Both the position numbers and the translations under genes were made by a program. Of a stretch of DNA of 64,000 nt, positions 59,504 to 64,000 are shown in pieces. The first letter of the stretch is position 1; each line of letters begins with the position of its first letter. The notes beneath the pieces were generated by a model, which saw nothing but the letters and a program-made list of their open reading frames with translations, made no database searches and was not told the origin of the DNA. This DNA comes from Felis catus (taxonomy: Eukaryota): assembly GCF_018350175.1 (NCBI RefSeq), contig NC_058383.1, forward strand, positions 5,644,001 to 5,708,000, read 5' to 3'.

Positions 59504-61489
59504 CTGACCCAACTGAACTTTAAAACGAGTTTAGCCACATGTTCACGGGCTGTGCCATTTGAGTACTCGGTCCAGACATTTGAGAGAAACAAAAATGGCT
59601 GCAGAGATGCAGCACAGTCGACCCTAAAGTGACAAGTGACGACTCCACTGTGAGGAAGGAAGGTGAGAGTAACCTGGGACAGCCCAAAGCTATTTAGTGC
59701 CGGGCAAACCCAGGTCCTGGTGTGGTACGTACCCCGCACACACCCTGGTCAACCTACACGCGTGCACGTGGGCACCAAAACCCCACCGGGATACTCAGAG
59801 CAGCCCTGACGGGCCAGCCTCAACATCTATCAACAGGAGAAGGGACAACAGCCTTCTATCCAGTGGATCCACGCAGTGATGGAGCGCCACAGGACAGCCC
59901 GTTGTGTGGTTCGGTTCCTCTGAGGGCCAGACCAGATGCGCCATCACAGGGTCCGAAGTTGGGGCCGTCTGGACTGAGAAGGGGCAGTGCCGTGTGTGTG
60001 TGTGTGTGGGGGGGGGGCTTCTGGGGGGCTGATAATCTAGGTCTTGCTCTGGTGCTGGTTATATGTAGCTGCTTTGTGAAAAGTCCTGCACTTTCCTGTA
60101 TATGGCATTCTTGAATGTCTGCTTTTAGAAAAACAGGACATTTTCAGAAAGGTTTCTCCTCTCTTTAACATACTTCCACTACGTCCACTCCTGTGTTCCC
60201 TTTCCTGCCAGTGAAGGGCACCCCCAGGCCGTGTGGCGCTGCCCTCATTCAGTCTGTTAGGAAGGCTCATGTTGTGCTCAGAAGCGTCTGCGGAACCGTC
60301 CCTCCAAGCTGACCACACGACCCCGTCCCTTGCGCTGGCCAGTGCCCCAAGCCCGTCCGTCCATCCTGCCTGCTGCCTCCAAAAGCTCCAACTGAACCTG
60401 TCCCTCCACAGCCTCCCTGAGGCTGAGTCATGGGGTTCGGGTCTCCTGGTCTCTGCGTTCCCCAATCTGTCTTTCCCTCTTCCAAACACAAGTCTCTGGA
60501 GGCCTTTCTTGGTCCTGCGTCCCTGGACCGGACTGGTCTTGATATGCCTCCTGCTGCCCCAGGGCCCCTCTGCACAGGCTGCAGGTCGTGAGCCACATTC
60601 TCCACACGCACGGTGCAGGGCACACAGCACATGCTAGAGCAGGTCTGTGGAGCTGAGCTCCCCAGGGTCCTGCAGCCCCCCGGCAGAAAAACTCCTACAA
60701 TGTGGGCCTTGCTCTGAGTCAGCAGTACGTATCCCGCACTTTTCTACAGACTTCACAAAGGCCGGCACCTATGGCCTCAGACATGCCGGTTGCATGTTCT
60801 GTGTCCCCTTCCGGCAAGCAGCATGGTGCTGGCCTGGAGTGTACTCAACACAACAGGAGGTGATCAAGTGACAAAACCAGGCACCACGAGGGGCTAGGCA
60901 TGTCATTATGAGCGCGGAAAAGGTTATCTGTGAGACAGTAAGGGCAGTGAAGGCCTTGGGCCTGGTCAGCAAGATAACCCATAACCAGCTTATTTTGACC
61001 CAGCAGGAACAGGCAGAGTAGGGCAGATCTTGTGATTCCCCCAGAAAACAACACCCAAGTCCACCTTGAGTGGGCACTTGCTGCCACGTGGTGTCCATCC
61101 ATCTTCCCCTTCCCACTAGCCAGGCTTCTGCTTGGGTGTCCACCACATGCCCACGTACCTGAAGGCAACTACTTGGTCCCGGCTTATGGGCGGTCCAGGT
61201 CAGCATAAGACCACCCCACACAGTCGTCCTCCTGGCGGTAGGCAGACACTCAGACGAGACAAGGACTTCTGTGGCCCAGTGAGAATGCTGAGGGGGGTGA
61301 CCTCTGCTCTCTGCCCACTGGTGATATGGAGCCCATGTCCCCAGAAGACAGGGTGACTGATGAGAGAGCCCTGAGGGAGGCCTTGCGATACCAACCCTCT
61401 CTGGGCTGCTGTTCCCATCAGATAGTTCCTTCCTGTCTGAAGCTGCTGGAAGTCAGCTCTTACCTGCAACACGGGCAGCCCTGATGCTG

Positions 61490-61697
61490 GTTTTAATTTT
61501 TGATGTCTGTTTATTTTTGAGAGAGATACAGCGCATGAGCAGAGGAGGGGTAGAGAGAGGGAGACACAGAATCTGAAGCAGGCTCCAGGCTCTGAGCTGG
61601 CAGCATAGAGTCAGACGCGGGGCTCAAACTCCTGAGCCATGAGATCATGACCTGAGCCGAAGTCGCACAGTCAAATGACTGAGCCACCCAGGCGTCC
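61490..61697 (-). mobile_element. CAN-SINE
   Basis: Reverse SINE, TSD cctgatgct. Confidence 0.88.
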
Positions 61698-63236
61698 CAT
61701 CCTGATGCTTGTTTTAGATGTTAACAGCTAATGCCAATCCTCAACGTGGGCTAGACTGATCTCACGAATCACAACCTCTGAACTAGTTCAACCCCTTTAT
61801 TCCTAAAATGGGGACACTGAAGGCCAGACAGGGAAGAGTCAACTACCCTGGGGAACCAAGGTGTCCCCTGTGGAGAGGAGAAGCAAAAAAACAAAAAACA
61901 AAACAAACCAAAAAGGCCACACTCCGGGCCCTCCCTCAGACACACTTGTGGCTTGCACAGGGCAGTGAATGCTGAGTTTGAGAAGCAAATGTATGTGGAG
62001 GAGAACTTAGTTTTCAACAGCTCTTTCAAGCCTGGTTCTCTGATTATTTAACAGCCCTGTGCAACAACAGAACGTGGCCATCAGACCCTCCAGCTTCAGT
62101 CCCAAGGACCACTCCCCCAAGCCCTCCAGGGAGAAGTCGGTGTCTCAGAACATCACAGGGTAGCTACAGAACTGTGGGGCTGGTGGGCCCAGGAACATTG
62201 TATGGTAGGCAGCTCCCAGGATTGGGTGTTTAGTATACTTAATTAAGCCTAAGAATCCTGGTGTTTTAAGACTACATGTAACTGACAATAACAGTTGTAC
62301 ATAAAAATTAAGTATAAAAGTATTAAGATGCTTTGCCAGCTGCCATGGATCCCAGCATCTGGCTGAGACAGAACATACCTTTCCCCAACATCATCAGCTG
62401 GTTTAAAAATTTTAGTTTAGGAAAAATAAATTATCAGCCTGGCTGGGCATAAAAACTTTTGAGATACAAAATCCCAGGACCGCGTACCAGGCAGGCCTGA
62501 GTCATGCTACATGCTTCTCCGCCATCATGTTTCTAGATCAGGCTTTTAAATGGAACACTGTTCTATTTTTGTATGATCTATACCTGATTGTCCAAAATGG
62601 TAGCCACTGCCTGCATGACCCAGTCCTGGGACATTTCTGTCCAATCCTCTAACTGTTATGAGTCACTGATCAGCCCTGCCCATGCCCTGACACTGGAGGA
62701 TTAGATCCTGTGCCTCCGGCTGCTCTGGCAAGAGGCTACCGAGCTGAGGCGGCCGGTTCCAATGCCAGGAGCTTCCAGGGCTCCTGAGATCACTTCTGGG
62801 GAGCAGAACCAGTTCTCGTGTGCCTCCCCGCAGCAGGCCCGCAGGTTTTAGTTATGTTCGCGGAACTCCTGATCTGGCTTGCCAGTGATGAAACGCAGTC
62901 GCTCGGCTAACAGAACGGGGTCAGCAGAGGAGCACGTGAGGGTGTCCGCCGTTGGAGGTGTGGGGTTTTTTCTTTGGCAGTTTGCATAGGATCTTGAAAT
63001 AGGACTTCAAAACGTCAGTGACAGAAATGGAATATCAATCATTTAATCTCACTGTGCAACTGGGAAGCACTCTGTATGTATTTTGGGGTCATTACTCTCT
63101 GGTCTTACAGATAAGGAAAACTGAGTTTCCTGAAGAGGGTGATGGGGGAGAGCGCCCCTGAAGTCGTGGCCGGCAGTATCTTGTTCAGGGAGGCCCTCTG
63201 ACTTTGTGGGCGTTGCTGATTTTTAAAAACCAGTTA

Positions 63237-63455
63237 GGGGGCGCCTGGGTGGCTCAGTCGGTTAAGCGTCCGACTTCAGCTCAGGTCACGATCTCGCGGT
63301 TCGTGAGTTCGAGCCCCGCATCGGGCTCTGGGCTGATGGCTCAGAGCCTGGAGCCTACTTCCGATTCTGTGTCTCCCTCTCTCTCTGCCCCTCCCCTGTT
63401 CATGCTCTGTCTCTCTCTGTCCCAAAAATAAATAAACGTTAAAAAAAAAAAAATT
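63237..63455 (+). mobile_element. Young felid SINEC
   Basis: Near-consensus body; exact TSD ttaaaaaccagttag. Confidence 0.93.
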
Positions 63456-63902
63456 AAAAACCAGTTAGTATTTTCTTGTGACCTTTATGAACTGGTGTTC
63501 TCCATTACTCTCCAGACCACAAAACCGAAGCAGCTATCATCGTTACCTGCCAGTACCTCAGGAAGAGCGTAGAGGGGACAGTGGGACCTGTCATACAGAG
63601 TGTTCTGATGGGGGAGGGGCAGGACACACCGATGCACGGCCAGCTGAGGTGTCGGAACCATTTCTCAATCTGAAGGACTCCTAGTCCTTCGCTCTGTGTC
63701 TCCCTCTCCTCCATCTCCCAAGGCCCCACAGTCCACCCCACGGTCTGGGAGCTTAGAGAGCTGGGCTGGCAGCCTTCCTGTAGCACACCAGCCCAGGCAG
63801 CAGCATGGGGCTCGTCTGGCACTCATAAATGCCTGGTCTGAGAAAGTGTTCTGATCCTACTGTGTGCAGGTGCTGGGGAGGGAGGGTAAAATATCTGTGT
63901 GC

Positions 63903-64000
63903 GGGGTGCCTGGGTGGTTCAGCCAGTTGAGCATCTGAGTCTCGATTTCGGCTCAGGCCATGATCTCACAGTCTGTGAGTTCAAGCCCTCATAGGGCTCT
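63903..64000 (+). mobile_element. CAN-SINE cut off by the window edge
   Basis: ggggtgcctgggtgg head. Confidence 0.85.

Noticed and set aside
63237..63320. tRNA-like A and B boxes
   Set aside because: tRNA-derived SINE heads followed by CT tract, A tail and TSD; not tRNA genes.
57523..64000. Further BAIAP2L1 coding exons
   Set aside because: No segment translates to recognisable IRTKS sequence; treated as one long intron continuing past the window.

Overview
GC-rich mammalian genomic DNA. The abundant tRNA-derived carnivore SINEs closely match the felid SINEC/CAN-SINE type, so this is most likely cat or a related felid. The window holds the conserved TECPR1-BRI3-BAIAP2L1 cluster. (1) The full TECPR1 coding region is on the minus strand: 24 coding exons from 20397 down to 474, 3540 nt, 1179 aa, all splice phases consistent, with a CpG-island promoter at about 24.3-25.5 kb. 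(2) BRI3 is complete on the plus strand: 3 coding exons, 125 aa, CpG-island promoter at about 44.6-46 kb. (3) The last two coding exons and 3' UTR of BAIAP2L1 (IRTKS) are on the minus strand, convergent with BRI3. The rest is introns and intergenic DNA with about 30 SINEs, old L1 remnants and MaLR LTRs. I see no prokaryotic-type system, and no novel system can be proven from sequence alone. The best leads are: a phase-consistent 3-exon, 132-aa ORF between TECPR1 and BRI3; a candidate BRI3 alternative last exon antisense to the BAIAP2L1 3' UTR; a GC-AG intron and a (GGGGCC)6-filled 79-nt intron in TECPR1; and candidate microexons in BRI3 intron 2. Repeat boundaries are approximate, and comparisons with human proteins are from memory.
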